From positions 1-23,864 of the forward strand of contig JBHLOC010000041.1 in assembly GCA_048940925.1 (NCBI GenBank): a DNA stretch of 23,864 bases, given 5' to 3'. The notes beneath the pieces are model-generated. The model saw only the letters and a list, made by a program, of their open reading frames with translations, was not told where the DNA came from and ran no database searches. The position numbers were made by a program, and so were the translations under genes. This DNA comes from Promethearchaeota archaeon (GTDB taxonomy: Archaea; Asgardarchaeota; Lokiarchaeia; Sigyniarchaeales; SOKP01). Below are positions 9,736 through 19,265 of this stretch, in pieces. Every line of letters starts with the position of its first letter. Position 1 is the stretch's first letter.

Positions 9736-11454
9736 TTGCGATTACCTAGTTTTGTTTTAAAAAAGTGGTTAAAAGAAATCTTTATTAGAGATCACAATCT
9801 AGAAATGAGATTTTATTTCAAGAGACAGAACCTTACGATTAAAGAATTTTTAGATTCTATTATCATTTGGATTGATAAAAGCGTATTCTTTGATAACCAG
9901 ATTTATCCAATTGATTTTGATATAGTGGTAAATGGAACATTATATAAAAATGAAAGTTTGGCTATAATTAATAATTATCGTATTCAAGCGGGAGATATGA
10001 TTCGATTTATTGTCCCAAATAGAACAAATATATCAAGCGGGAGACATAAGATCTATCTTGGATCCCACGGGTATTCTATAAAGACAAGTTTTAAAATAGA
10101 GATACAAACTTCTAAAAAAAAATTGATCGAGCAAAAATCTATTCCAATAACTAAACAAAAATCTATTCCAATGACCGAGAAAAAGTCTATTTCAAAATTG
10201 TTAAAAATAACCTATTACTATGCGTTATTCTCAGTAATCTTTTATGAAATATTGTTAATTTTTAGTTCGCAAATAAACTATCTTTATTTTTTTATTCCAG
10301 CTTTGTTTATTGCTTTTTTCTTTAGTGTATACTATATAAATCGACAAAGAAATTTAGCAAGGTATCCACGACCAATAAGAAAGAAATGGTATTCTTCAAA
10401 GCCAGACTGGTTTTGGCTTGTTTTAGGTTATAGCTTCATTTTTTCATTACTTTTAATTATTCCTTGGGGTATTGTGGGACTACTTTTTGCAACTATAATT
10501 CCATGTATAATAGCATCTGTATTTTTTTTTAGGACACTATCTAGAAATGCGCTAGGGGATGAAATAGAAAAATCTTCAAGAAAAATTAAAAATAGAGAGA
10601 TTATAATTAAGGGATTATTGATTGGATTTGTTCTTATTCCTTTAGTCATTTTATATATTGTTTTTTTAAGTATAATGACCGCAATTATACTACTCTTGCC
10701 TGGAATTTTTTATTATTTATATAATAATCGTCAGAAGATGAAATTACAGAAAAAACATGAGTTCTTAATTCTTTTTATTATCATACTCCTTTCAATTACA
10801 CCAATCGTCCTTGAAAGGACCTTGATTAGAAATAATTATCAATATATTGAAGATTATAACGTAGAATCAGGAGTTCCAGATAATCTTATTTCTATATCTG
10901 AATCTTTTGATCCTCATCAAAAGTTAAATTGGAGTACAACAGGAAGCCTTAAGAATTTTGTTTTTCCTAATGAGAGAATAGTGTACAAAAATAAAATTCA
11001 TAATCATAAAAATCAATTTTTTATTCCGTACCTTCATAGTAAAGAGTTGTTTAGGTATAGCTTCTCAGCTAAACCTATTTCTACATCAATAATAATTAAT
11101 TATACAATAAATTATGGTTATTTTGAGTATTCTCTTAATGATTTATCTTTCAATATATCAGGAGATAATTTGGATGAAAACTATTTTGCTAGATATAGAT
11201 ACTGTTTTTGTTATTTCTATATAAATTCTTCTCTTTACAATCCTCCTAGTAATGCCTCAGAATCAGCATCATTTTCTAGTGGATTTCTTGTTACGATTGA
11301 TATGACCTATGAATACCAACCATTAATTTTATATATGGGGGGGGATAAGGAACAAAAACATGTAATAATTCTAAATGAGGAGTATGAAATTTTATTCGTA
11401 TTAATTGTAAGTTCTATGATACAATACGTTGATGTTTCTGGATGTGGATGTTAA
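9736..11454 (+). CDS. hypothetical polytopic membrane protein (soluble N-domain, about 7 TM, sequon-rich C-domain, ends in CGC)
   Basis: 572-aa ORF, TTG start after GGTGA RBS-like motif; hydrophobic segments about aa 160-360; sequons NWS, NYT, NIS, NSS, NAS in the C-terminal part. Confidence 0.75.
   Translation: MRLPSFVLKKWLKEIFIRDHNLEMRFYFKRQNLTIKEFLDSIIIWIDKSVFFDNQIYPIDFDIVVNGTLYKNESLAIINNYRIQAGDMIRFIVPNRTNISSGRHKIYLGSHGYSIKTSFKIEIQTSKKKLIEQKSIPITKQKSIPMTEKKSISKLLKITYYYALFSVIFYEILLIFSSQINYLYFFIPALFIAFFFSVYYINRQRNLARYPRPIRKKWYSSKPDWFWLVLGYSFIFSLLLIIPWGIVGLLFATIIPCIIASVFFFRTLSRNALGDEIEKSSRKIKNREIIIKGLLIGFVLIPLVILYIVFLSIMTAIILLLPGIFYYLYNNRQKMKLQKKHEFLILFIIILLSITPIVLERTLIRNNYQYIEDYNVESGVPDNLISISESFDPHQKLNWSTTGSLKNFVFPNERIVYKNKIHNHKNQFFIPYLHSKELFRYSFSAKPISTSIIINYTINYGYFEYSLNDLSFNISGDNLDENYFARYRYCFCYFYINSSLYNPPSNASESASFSSGFLVTIDMTYEYQPLILYMGGDKEQKHVIILNEEYEILFVLIVSSMIQYVDVSGCGC
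10132..10197 (+). repeat. 24-bp in-frame tandem repeat (about 2.7 copies), QKSIPITK/QKSIPMTE/KKSISK
   Basis: caaaaatctattccaataactaaa at 10132, caaaaatctattccaatgaccgag at 10156, aaaaagtctatttcaaaa at 10180. Confidence 0.85.
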
Positions 11455-11478
11455 CAGAATGGTTTTAAAAATTCTAAC

Positions 11479-12144
11479 TTACCCATAGAATAATCGATAT
11501 AATTCATTATATAATTCAGCTAATTTAGAAATTTTATATTGATCATTTTGTTGCAAAGCATAAGATATATATCCTGCTAAACCATGAGGATCGTTAATCC
11601 ATTGTAAAAATCCCTCAAGTTCAGCTTTAAGATAAGGATCAACTGTAGAACTTGCAGCTGCTTGATAACCTGGTACTGCTTGCCTTGAAGACGTTTCATA
11701 TGCCATTCCACGATTTGCTTCACTTGCTAATTCGACTTTTGTTTCAATAAATTCAGATTTTGAGCCTTTTTTCAACATTGCTGCAGCTCTTGCTACAGCA
11801 GGATACGCCATATGGAACCATCCTTTTGCCTTAGGTCGAATGTGGGCAACCATATATTTATCTCCATCGGGGGTTGAGGCACCAATTAAATGTCCTTTTT
11901 TTTTCCGATTGGTACCTATAAAACGTTCAGGTTCCATCTGCAGAATTGAATATCTAATTCCATTTAACACAACGAATTGGGCATTACCGCTTACCCAGCT
12001 GGCTAAAACTGCTTTTATATCATTTTTTACATCCCATTTACTTGTGGAATATAAAACTTTCCCTTTTTTATCGATAATTGCTACATCTGATGCATCAGGA
12101 TAATGTTTCTGCAATTTACTAACAACGGATTTAAAACTTGTCAT
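11479..12144 (-). CDS. Asgard (Loki-type) profilin with C-terminal linker and helical extension
   Basis: aa 1-126 follow the Loki profilin pattern: AIIDKKGKVLYSTSKWD, GIRYSILQMEPERFIGTN, GHLIGA, ending in a helix (YPAVARAAAML); about 95 extra residues follow. Confidence 0.82.
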   Translation of the reverse strand: MTSFKSVVSKLQKHYPDASDVAIIDKKGKVLYSTSKWDVKNDIKAVLASWVSGNAQFVVLNGIRYSILQMEPERFIGTNRKKKGHLIGASTPDGDKYMVAHIRPKAKGWFHMAYPAVARAAAMLKKGSKSEFIETKVELASEANRGMAYETSSRQAVPGYQAAASSTVDPYLKAELEGFLQWINDPHGLAGYISYALQQNDQYKISKLAELYNELYRLFYG

Positions 12145-12316
12145 GATCTATCTCTTTAATTATTTTTCTGTTTTTTTAAACTTATTATTTTGTAAAATAA
12201 TTCCTAATTGAATTATTTATAATTTAAAGAATTTTAAAAAGAGATTATTATGTATTAGAAAAAATAAAAGGCGACTTAAATCTCAAGCTTATTTTAATTA
12301 GTTTAACTGACTTGTT

Positions 12317-13429
12317 TTAATCATTTATTTTTAATGATATTTTTAAATCTTCTGCCATTTTTCCAAGTTTATTTGCCATAGCACTGATTTCTTCCATTGA
12401 GGCTGTTTGTTGTTCTGTTGATGCACTTATTCCTGTTATGGCACTGAATGAACTTTTAATTTTATTTACTACATTACTAATTTTTATGTTAGTATTCCGT
12501 ACAGCTAATTTTGATTCTTCGGCTAATTTTCTGACCTCATCAGCTACAACTGCAAAACCACGACCATATTCACCGGCTCTTCCTGCTTCAATACTCGCAT
12601 TAAGTGCAAGCAAATTTGTTTGATCTGAAATATTTGTAATTAAGTTCATTACATTACCTATATCACTCGTAGCTTTCATAACATCTTGAGTTTCTAAGGT
12701 CATATTTTGAGTAGATGAAGATATTTCTTCTGATGCAGCATTTACTTCACTCGCGCTAGCAGCTAACTCTGTCGCCATATTGGATACATTCAAGCTAGTT
12801 TCTGAAGCTGTTTTCACTACATTTTTTAAGGTACTACTCATTTGAATAATTCTATATTCTATGATTGCAACTAATCCCATAACTAAATAAATCGTATCCA
12901 TATAAGTCATAGCGAAGTTATTAAATTCTGTGCCAGTAGCAGTTTGAGAAGTACTTAACATAGCCCCAATTAAACTTAATATACCACCTATAAAGTTTAA
13001 GCAATAAAAGGCATGTAATAAAGATCGTTTTTTTAAATACAATCGAATAACTAAAACAAAACATAAAATTAAAAGACCAAGCATCATATAGTAAAAACCA
13101 AAAGTTATTGAACCCACAAGTCCAGCAGCACTATATTTAATAGTACTTTTTTTAGCTTGTTTCACTTTAATGAAAGTCTGGAAATATTCTTGACCTACTG
13201 CAAAAAGCAATATAAAAGTTCCTCCTGAGAATAGTATCATTGCTATAGGATTTACTTGGGTGGTAGAATCTTGGGGGAATGCATTAATTATATATCCAAT
13301 AGTGTTTACAGCGCATGAAATAAACCAAAACTTCAATTCTCTCCTTTTCATAAAAGCCACGAAAAATATTAAGGATGCAAAACTCATAATTACAGCATGA
13401 CATATATTCATCAAACTAATAACTGCCAT
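12317..13429 (-). CDS. methyl-accepting chemotaxis-like receptor, about 6-TM N-domain plus short signalling domain (paralog 1)
   Basis: Hairpin tip [40 protein letters not shown]; methylation-like ASEEISSS and [10 protein letters not shown]; six hydrophobic segments; no evident HAMP. Confidence 0.9.
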   Translation of the reverse strand: MAVISLMNICHAVIMSFASLIFFVAFMKRRELKFWFISCAVNTIGYIINAFPQDSTTQVNPIAMILFSGGTFILLFAVGQEYFQTFIKVKQAKKSTIKYSAAGLVGSITFGFYYMMLGLLILCFVLVIRLYLKKRSLLHAFYCLNFIGGILSLIGAMLSTSQTATGTEFNNFAMTYMDTIYLVMGLVAIIEYRIIQMSSTLKNVVKTASETSLNVSNMATELAASASEVNAASEEISSSTQNMTLETQDVMKATSDIGNVMNLITNISDQTNLLALNASIEAGRAGEYGRGFAVVADEVRKLAEESKLAVRNTNIKISNVVNKIKSSFSAITGISASTEQQTASMEEISAMANKLGKMAEDLKISLKIND

Positions 13430-13471
13430 TATTTAATCCTCAAATTTGAATTGTAAATATTTTAATACAAA

Positions 13472-13557
13472 TATGTAATTATAACCACTTTTATGTAAAA
13501 AGCGATTTTCTTTATAATAGATAAAAGAATTGATATATAAATTTTCTTTTTTACAAA
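13472..13557 (-). promoter_or_regulatory. conserved upstream block of MCP paralog 1 (TATA-like TTTATATA plus tatgtaa direct repeats)
   Basis: Colinear similarity to 17072-17158; TTTATATA on the minus strand at 13534-13541; tatgtaa at 13472 and 13492. Confidence 0.6.
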
Positions 13558-13667
13558 TTTTTTTATAAAATGTAAGTAAAAAAGTAAATATAGCTTAGCT
13601 ATTTAATATGTTTATAGCGTATTTTAACATTGAAATCTTTCTTTAAAAGAAAGGGTTGTTCAGGTAT

Positions 13668-15566
13668 ATGATGAGTATATATCAAGAATATAATAATCAC
13701 CTTGACGAAATATTTGCAAATTCATTTGATTATATATATCTTCACGATAAAGCAGGAAATGTTATTGATGTTAACGATGTTGTAATAAACAATCTTGGCT
13801 ATTCTAAACAAGAAATTCTTAATATGAAAGTTAGAGACTTTTTATTTGAAGATAATGTTGCTGAAATTCTTAGTGAAATTAAGAATACTATAAAAACTGG
13901 GTTAGTAAAAAAACCTAAAATATATAAAGTGAAAAAAAAGAATGGTAATTTTGTTTATATCGAAGCTAATGCAATCCCCATAAAAAAGAATGGCGAAATC
14001 TATGCTATTCTTGGAATTGGACATGATATAACCAAATATAAAGAAATGGAAGACAAATTAAAAATATCTGAAGAAAAATATAGAAATATTGTTGAAAATA
14101 CAACCGATGTTATAATAGTTACTCGATTCGATGGTAAACATCTTTATATTTCTCCTCAATATATGCAATTGCTTGGATATTCCGAACAAGAAGCAGATAA
14201 AGTAAATTTTGAGTTGATTCATCCAGATGATCGTCCAAAAATAATGAATCTCTATAGAAAATCAGTTGAAGAAAAGCAGACTCTTGTGGCGGAAATAGAA
14301 CAAAGATGGAAACATAAAGATGGTCATTATATATGGGTCGCTACCAAATCAAAAAATTATTACAATAAGGGAGGAGAGGTTATTGGTTGGATTACATCAA
14401 TTAGAGATATTACAGAACGTAAAAAAGCAGAATTGAAGTTAATAGAATCGGAAGAAAAATTCAGAACACTAGCAGAACAATCATTTATGGGGATTATAAT
14501 AATTCAAGGCGGAAAGCTTAAGTATATGAATAAAACATTGTCGGAAATTTCAGGTTATCCTGTTGAAGTGATGCTTAAATGGTCTGAAAAAGAAATTACC
14601 AAGATGATACATCCTGAAGATTTAAACCAGATGTTAAATCGCATAAGAAGTAATAAGGAAGAAAACATGGCTACGTTTTCTATTAATTCATTTAGAATAA
14701 TAAATAGAGATGGAGAAGTAAGATGGCTGGAAGATTACACCAGCAGAATCATTTATCAAGGAAAATTAGCGAACTTAGTTTCTCTTATTGACGTTACAGA
14801 TAAAAGGGAGGCAAATAGGCTAATTTTTGAGGAAAATAAGAGATTATTAGAGCTCAGTGAATTGAGGAAAGATCTCATTATTCGAGTCTCACATGAATTG
14901 AAGACTCCAATGACATCTATATATGGCGCGATTCAAATTCTAAATAAACTCTTTTTAGATGAAATCGGAGCTGAAGCTAAAAATTATATTGAAATTTGTC
15001 ATCGTGGATGTCTTAGACTAAAGGAATTAATTGATAACTTATTAGATGTTTCAAGATTAGATGCTAAAAGATTTCAATTAAATCTTCAGAGAGAAAATCT
15101 AAAGGAAATTATTATGGATTGTGCTTATGATATGAAATATTTGACCACTAATCGTAATCTTAAATTAAAATTAAATTTTTTAAAAGACATCTTTTATAAT
15201 GTAGATAAACTTCGTATCAGGCAGGTTTTGACAAATTTAATTTCAAATGCTATTAAAAACACTCCAAAGGGAGGAGATATTTCTATAAACTTAGCGGAAA
15301 CACCAGAATTAATTGAAATATGTGTTAAGGATACAGGAATAGGAATTACAAAGAAAGAACAAGAGAATTTATTTGAAAAATTCGGGAAAATAGAACGATA
15401 TGGTAAAAATCTAGATGTTGATATAGAAGGTTCCGGACTTGGATTATATATTTCAAAAGAAATAGTAGAATTGCACGGAGGGCAAATTCTTGTCGAATCT
15501 GAAGGAAGAAATAAAGGTTCTAATTTTAAAGTAAGATTTTTTAAAAAAATGACTAATAGAACTTAA
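13668..15566 (+). CDS. cytoplasmic PAS-domain sensor histidine kinase (3xPAS-HisKA-HATPase)
   Basis: Three PAS/PAC repeats (GHDIT, IHPDD..RDIT, IHPED..DVT), H-box SHELKTP, N-box NLISNAIK, DTGIGI, GSGLGL; ATG at 13668/13671 after AGGT preferred to TTG at 13656. Confidence 0.95.
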   Translation: MMSIYQEYNNHLDEIFANSFDYIYLHDKAGNVIDVNDVVINNLGYSKQEILNMKVRDFLFEDNVAEILSEIKNTIKTGLVKKPKIYKVKKKNGNFVYIEANAIPIKKNGEIYAILGIGHDITKYKEMEDKLKISEEKYRNIVENTTDVIIVTRFDGKHLYISPQYMQLLGYSEQEADKVNFELIHPDDRPKIMNLYRKSVEEKQTLVAEIEQRWKHKDGHYIWVATKSKNYYNKGGEVIGWITSIRDITERKKAELKLIESEEKFRTLAEQSFMGIIIIQGGKLKYMNKTLSEISGYPVEVMLKWSEKEITKMIHPEDLNQMLNRIRSNKEENMATFSINSFRIINRDGEVRWLEDYTSRIIYQGKLANLVSLIDVTDKREANRLIFEENKRLLELSELRKDLIIRVSHELKTPMTSIYGAIQILNKLFLDEIGAEAKNYIEICHRGCLRLKELIDNLLDVSRLDAKRFQLNLQRENLKEIIMDCAYDMKYLTTNRNLKLKLNFLKDIFYNVDKLRIRQVLTNLISNAIKNTPKGGDISINLAETPELIEICVKDTGIGITKKEQENLFEKFGKIERYGKNLDVDIEGSGLGLYISKEIVELHGGQILVESEGRNKGSNFKVRFFKKMTNRT

Positions 15567-15883
15567 TAAAATTCGTCTAAGAATTCATTTTTAAGAATAT
15601 TAATTAATTTTTTTTTATTACTACTGGATAACTGATTTACATGGAATCCACAATGATTATATGTATCTGGGGGCTTTTTTTCGAATAAACAAAGTATAAG
15701 GATAATAACATTTGCTGCTACAATTTTATTTCCCATTGTTTCTAGGTTACGCATTAAACTTAGATATGATTGATACTTCCAAACATCAATCTTCTTCTTA
15801 TTTAATTCTTTTTTTTGAAAAAGATCAATGATTTTTAAATAGCTATCTAATTCAAATTGACTTTCAGAATATTTATCATTCAT
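15563..15883 (-). CDS. hypothetical protein (about 106 aa)
   Basis: Lies directly downstream of and co-oriented with MCP paralog 2, stop overlaps the kinase stop; ATG at 15883 or 15901; no recognised motif. Confidence 0.65.
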   Translation of the reverse strand: MNDKYSESQFELDSYLKIIDLFQKKELNKKKIDVWKYQSYLSLMRNLETMGNKIVAANVIILILCLFEKKPPDTYNHCGFHVNQLSSSNKKKLINILKNEFLDEFY

Positions 15884-15909
15884 TTTTTGATATCCTTGCA
15901 TGAAATGAA

Positions 15910-17037
15910 TTACATTTTTTCGGTTTTAGTTAACGCACTTTTAAGATTGTCCGCTAGAGTTCCTAAATTATTTGCTAAAGCACTAATCTCTTCCATTGAA
16001 GCAGTTTGCTGCTCTGAAGAAGCACTTATTCCTTCAATTGCATCAAATGTCTTACTTATTTTATCTATTATAAAACTAACTTTGTTATATGATTCACCAA
16101 CAGCGTTTTGAGACTCTTCTGCTAATTTTCTGACTTCATCAGCTACAACAGAAAATCCTCTACCATATTCACCCGCCCTTCCTGCCTCAATGCTCGCATT
16201 CAGCGCAAGTAAATTGGTTTGTTCTGAAATATTTGTAATAATTTCCATAACATTATGGATATCACCAGTAGATCTCTTAATTTCCTGAGTCTCTCTTGCC
16301 ATTTCTTGAGTTGATGACGCAATTTCTTCTGCAGCTGCATTTACTTCGTTTGCACTTGCCGCCAATTCTGTTGCCATATTTGAAACATTGATGCTCATGG
16401 AAGAACTTTCATTAATTACATTCGTCAATGAATTTTGAAATCTGGTAATCCGTAATTCTAATAATGCAACAAGACCAGTTACGAACATCAAAGAAACAAA
16501 CACAGTAGTCATCCCTATCCCAAATTCATTTGTCTCAATAAGTTCTAAATCCCTTAATGTAGAAGATAGAATTGTAAGAGATGCTGCTATTAATGTAATA
16601 ATGAAAAACGCATAGGTAGGTGATCTATTTTTTATATACAATCTAAGCTGTAATATTATACTTATTAATGCTAAAATTAAGATAATAAATTCTGCTCCCA
16701 AAATAATAGGGACTACTGATAATATTACTCTAAGATTTTTACCTATTTCCTGATTCCAATTTTTTGATTTAATAAAAGTTGTATAATATTCATGAGTAAC
16801 TCCTATGAATATTATAATTACAGCTATGACAAAAAGTATATTCATAATGATACCTCCAGTTTCTCCGAGGAATTTACTAAATGAACTTAAGATTTGACCA
16901 ATCATAACTAAAAAATAGGAAGGGAACCATTTTATAAGATCGCGTCGCTTTGTGCAAACCCATCCAAAAATAATTGTGGCAAGAACAATTATAATAGTTG
17001 CTTGGTTATCTATAATTGTAAAATTTGTTTCTACCAT
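15910..17037 (-). CDS. methyl-accepting chemotaxis-like receptor, about 6-TM N-domain plus short signalling domain (paralog 2)
   Basis: [40 protein letters not shown]; [13 protein letters not shown] shared exactly with 12317..13429. Confidence 0.9.
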   Translation of the reverse strand: MVETNFTIIDNQATIIIVLATIIFGWVCTKRRDLIKWFPSYFLVMIGQILSSFSKFLGETGGIIMNILFVIAVIIIFIGVTHEYYTTFIKSKNWNQEIGKNLRVILSVVPIILGAEFIILILALISIILQLRLYIKNRSPTYAFFIITLIAASLTILSSTLRDLELIETNEFGIGMTTVFVSLMFVTGLVALLELRITRFQNSLTNVINESSSMSINVSNMATELAASANEVNAAAEEIASSTQEMARETQEIKRSTGDIHNVMEIITNISEQTNLLALNASIEAGRAGEYGRGFSVVADEVRKLAEESQNAVGESYNKVSFIIDKISKTFDAIEGISASSEQQTASMEEISALANNLGTLADNLKSALTKTEKM

Positions 17038-17071
17038 TTATATCAAGATTTATCTATTTTTAGATCTATTT

Positions 17072-17158
17072 TATGTAATTAAATATTTTTTATGCAAAAA
17101 TGGTTTTTTTTTATAATTTTTATAATAATTTTTATATATAAATCCTTATTTTTGCAAA
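17072..17158 (-). promoter_or_regulatory. conserved upstream block of MCP paralog 2
   Basis: Matches 13472-13557; TTTATATA on the minus strand at 17135-17142; tatgtaa at 17072 and tatgcaa at 17091. Confidence 0.6.
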
Positions 17159-17233
17159 CAATATATTCTAATACCAAGAATGAGATTCTATTAACAAAAC
17201 CATATTAAGATTTATTTTATCATCAAATTAATC

Positions 17234-19174
17234 CTAACCTGATTTTCGTGTTACCCACACTATCATTTCACTTTTACCTCGATTAGCCCAAGCATAATAG
17301 GGAATAAAAATTTGTTTATTTTTTGATGTAAAACTTTCAATTTTGGAGTCTTGAACATAACATAAATTTCCGGTTATAGTAACGACTCCTTTTAGTATAT
17401 CCCTACGAAATTCTGCTATTAGTTCGACAGAGTCATCATACACCAGATTAAATATTGAATCTATTTCATTATCTATAGTTTCAAGACAATAAACAATAGG
17501 TCCCCGTTCAATAGCAAATTTATCTACATCATCCTCAACTTTATCATGACTTAATACCCTTCTGATAGGCATTGGTATATTTAATTCAATAGTATCATTG
17601 TCTTTCCATATACGCCGAATTTTAATAAAGCCTTTTTTCGGATGAACATCAAAATCTTTATTATTTACTTTAAACTTTATTTTTAAATCGGTAGGGTTTA
17701 AATAATGATATAAATCACTGGGAACTGGTTTATTTTGAGCCCAACCAGGAATTCGGATTGCAAGTTCAAACTCTCTCTTATGAGAAGGGTTTATTATGAT
17801 TTTCACTTTTCCTTTCCACGGATAATCAGTTTCTTGAGTAATTGAAATAATTATATTCTCAATAACTATCTGTACCATACTTCCGATAAATAAGTTAACA
17901 AAAATAGTCTTATCTTTTAGTGCATAAATAAAACTTGGAATTTGAGGCATAAAGCGTATAATATTAGTAGGACAACAAGGGCACTTCCACCAAGACCGTC
18001 TATATACGTTTCCTTTTGAAGCGAGGGGATTAATATAAAAAAATTTTGTACCATCTAAGGATATTCCTGAGAGAAAACCATTATATAATATTCGTTCTAA
18101 GACATCAATATATTTTGCATCTTCATAAAGTAAAAAAAGACGATGATTCCAGAAAATATTTCCAATAGCTGCACATGTTTCAGCATATGCTTTTAAGTTA
18201 GGCAATTTATAGTTTTCACCAAAACTTTCTCCTTCTTTACTAGCTCCAATCCCCCCAGTTAGATATAATTTTTTAGAGACCATATTCTCCCAAATTCGAC
18301 TAATAGCTTTCTTATATTCAGTTTCATTGAAAATAGATATAATATCTGTAACTGCTGAATACATATACGTTGCTCGAACAGCATGTCCTACAGCTTCATC
18401 TTGTTCAATAATTTTTTTATGAGATTGATTATATTCGGGTGATCGTGCATCTTCAAAATAAATCTTGAATTTAGATAAATAATCTTCAAAATCAAATGCT
18501 TCAGTAGAACCACGAATATCTAAGAAAAATTTTGCTAAATCTGAATATTTTTTATCCTTTGTAATATTGTATAGACGAATTAATGCTAATTCAATTTCTT
18601 GATGTCCTGGGATTCTTTCAAGCTTTTCTTGACCAAATTCTCTATCTATTAAATCTGCACTTTTAATTACTACATTTAATAATTTTTCTTTACCTGTAAC
18701 TTGGTAATAAGCAATACCTGCTTCAATGAGATGCCCCATATTGTATAATTCATGACTTAATATTGATACTAATTCCCATCTGTCTTTACCGGCCCATTTA
18801 TGAGGATTTTCAGGATTAATTGTACGTGTGGTGTATAAGTATCCGTCATCTTCTTGAGCTGCTGCTATTTTTTCTATTAAGTTATCGAGATATTTTTCGA
18901 ATTTGGGATCAGGATAATAGATCAATGAATATGCAGCTCCCTCAATTACTTTAAAGACATCAGAATCATCAAAAGGAAATATTGGTTTCTTTCCATCATT
19001 TAATACTCCTGCAGCTCTAGAAAAATTTTCAATTCGTCCAGTCTTCTCACATTTCTTTAGAACATGAGGAATTGTAATATAATGATTGATCTTTATTCTT
19101 GGAGCCCAAAATTTGTCAGTTAACTTTACGCTGTTCAGAGAAACTTGTCGTATTGAATGATTAAATGAACTCAA
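17234..19174 (-). CDS. glycoside hydrolase family 127 (beta-L-arabinofuranosidase-like, DUF1680)
   Basis: FDDSDVFK, HELYNMGH, GHQEIELAL, GHAVRATY, ETCAAIG, CPCCPTN Zn/Cys motif; TTG start after AAGGAG. Confidence 0.92.
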   Translation of the reverse strand: MSSFNHSIRQVSLNSVKLTDKFWAPRIKINHYITIPHVLKKCEKTGRIENFSRAAGVLNDGKKPIFPFDDSDVFKVIEGAAYSLIYYPDPKFEKYLDNLIEKIAAAQEDDGYLYTTRTINPENPHKWAGKDRWELVSILSHELYNMGHLIEAGIAYYQVTGKEKLLNVVIKSADLIDREFGQEKLERIPGHQEIELALIRLYNITKDKKYSDLAKFFLDIRGSTEAFDFEDYLSKFKIYFEDARSPEYNQSHKKIIEQDEAVGHAVRATYMYSAVTDIISIFNETEYKKAISRIWENMVSKKLYLTGGIGASKEGESFGENYKLPNLKAYAETCAAIGNIFWNHRLFLLYEDAKYIDVLERILYNGFLSGISLDGTKFFYINPLASKGNVYRRSWWKCPCCPTNIIRFMPQIPSFIYALKDKTIFVNLFIGSMVQIVIENIIISITQETDYPWKGKVKIIINPSHKREFELAIRIPGWAQNKPVPSDLYHYLNPTDLKIKFKVNNKDFDVHPKKGFIKIRRIWKDNDTIELNIPMPIRRVLSHDKVEDDVDKFAIERGPIVYCLETIDNEIDSIFNLVYDDSVELIAEFRRDILKGVVTITGNLCYVQDSKIESFTSKNKQIFIPYYAWANRGKSEMIVWVTRKSG

Positions 19175-19265
19175 TATAACTCCTTCTTATTTTTTTAAAT
19201 TATTTCAAGAAATATTGCTATAACTAATAAATAAAGTAAAATAATAGAATTTAAAAAAATTAGGA

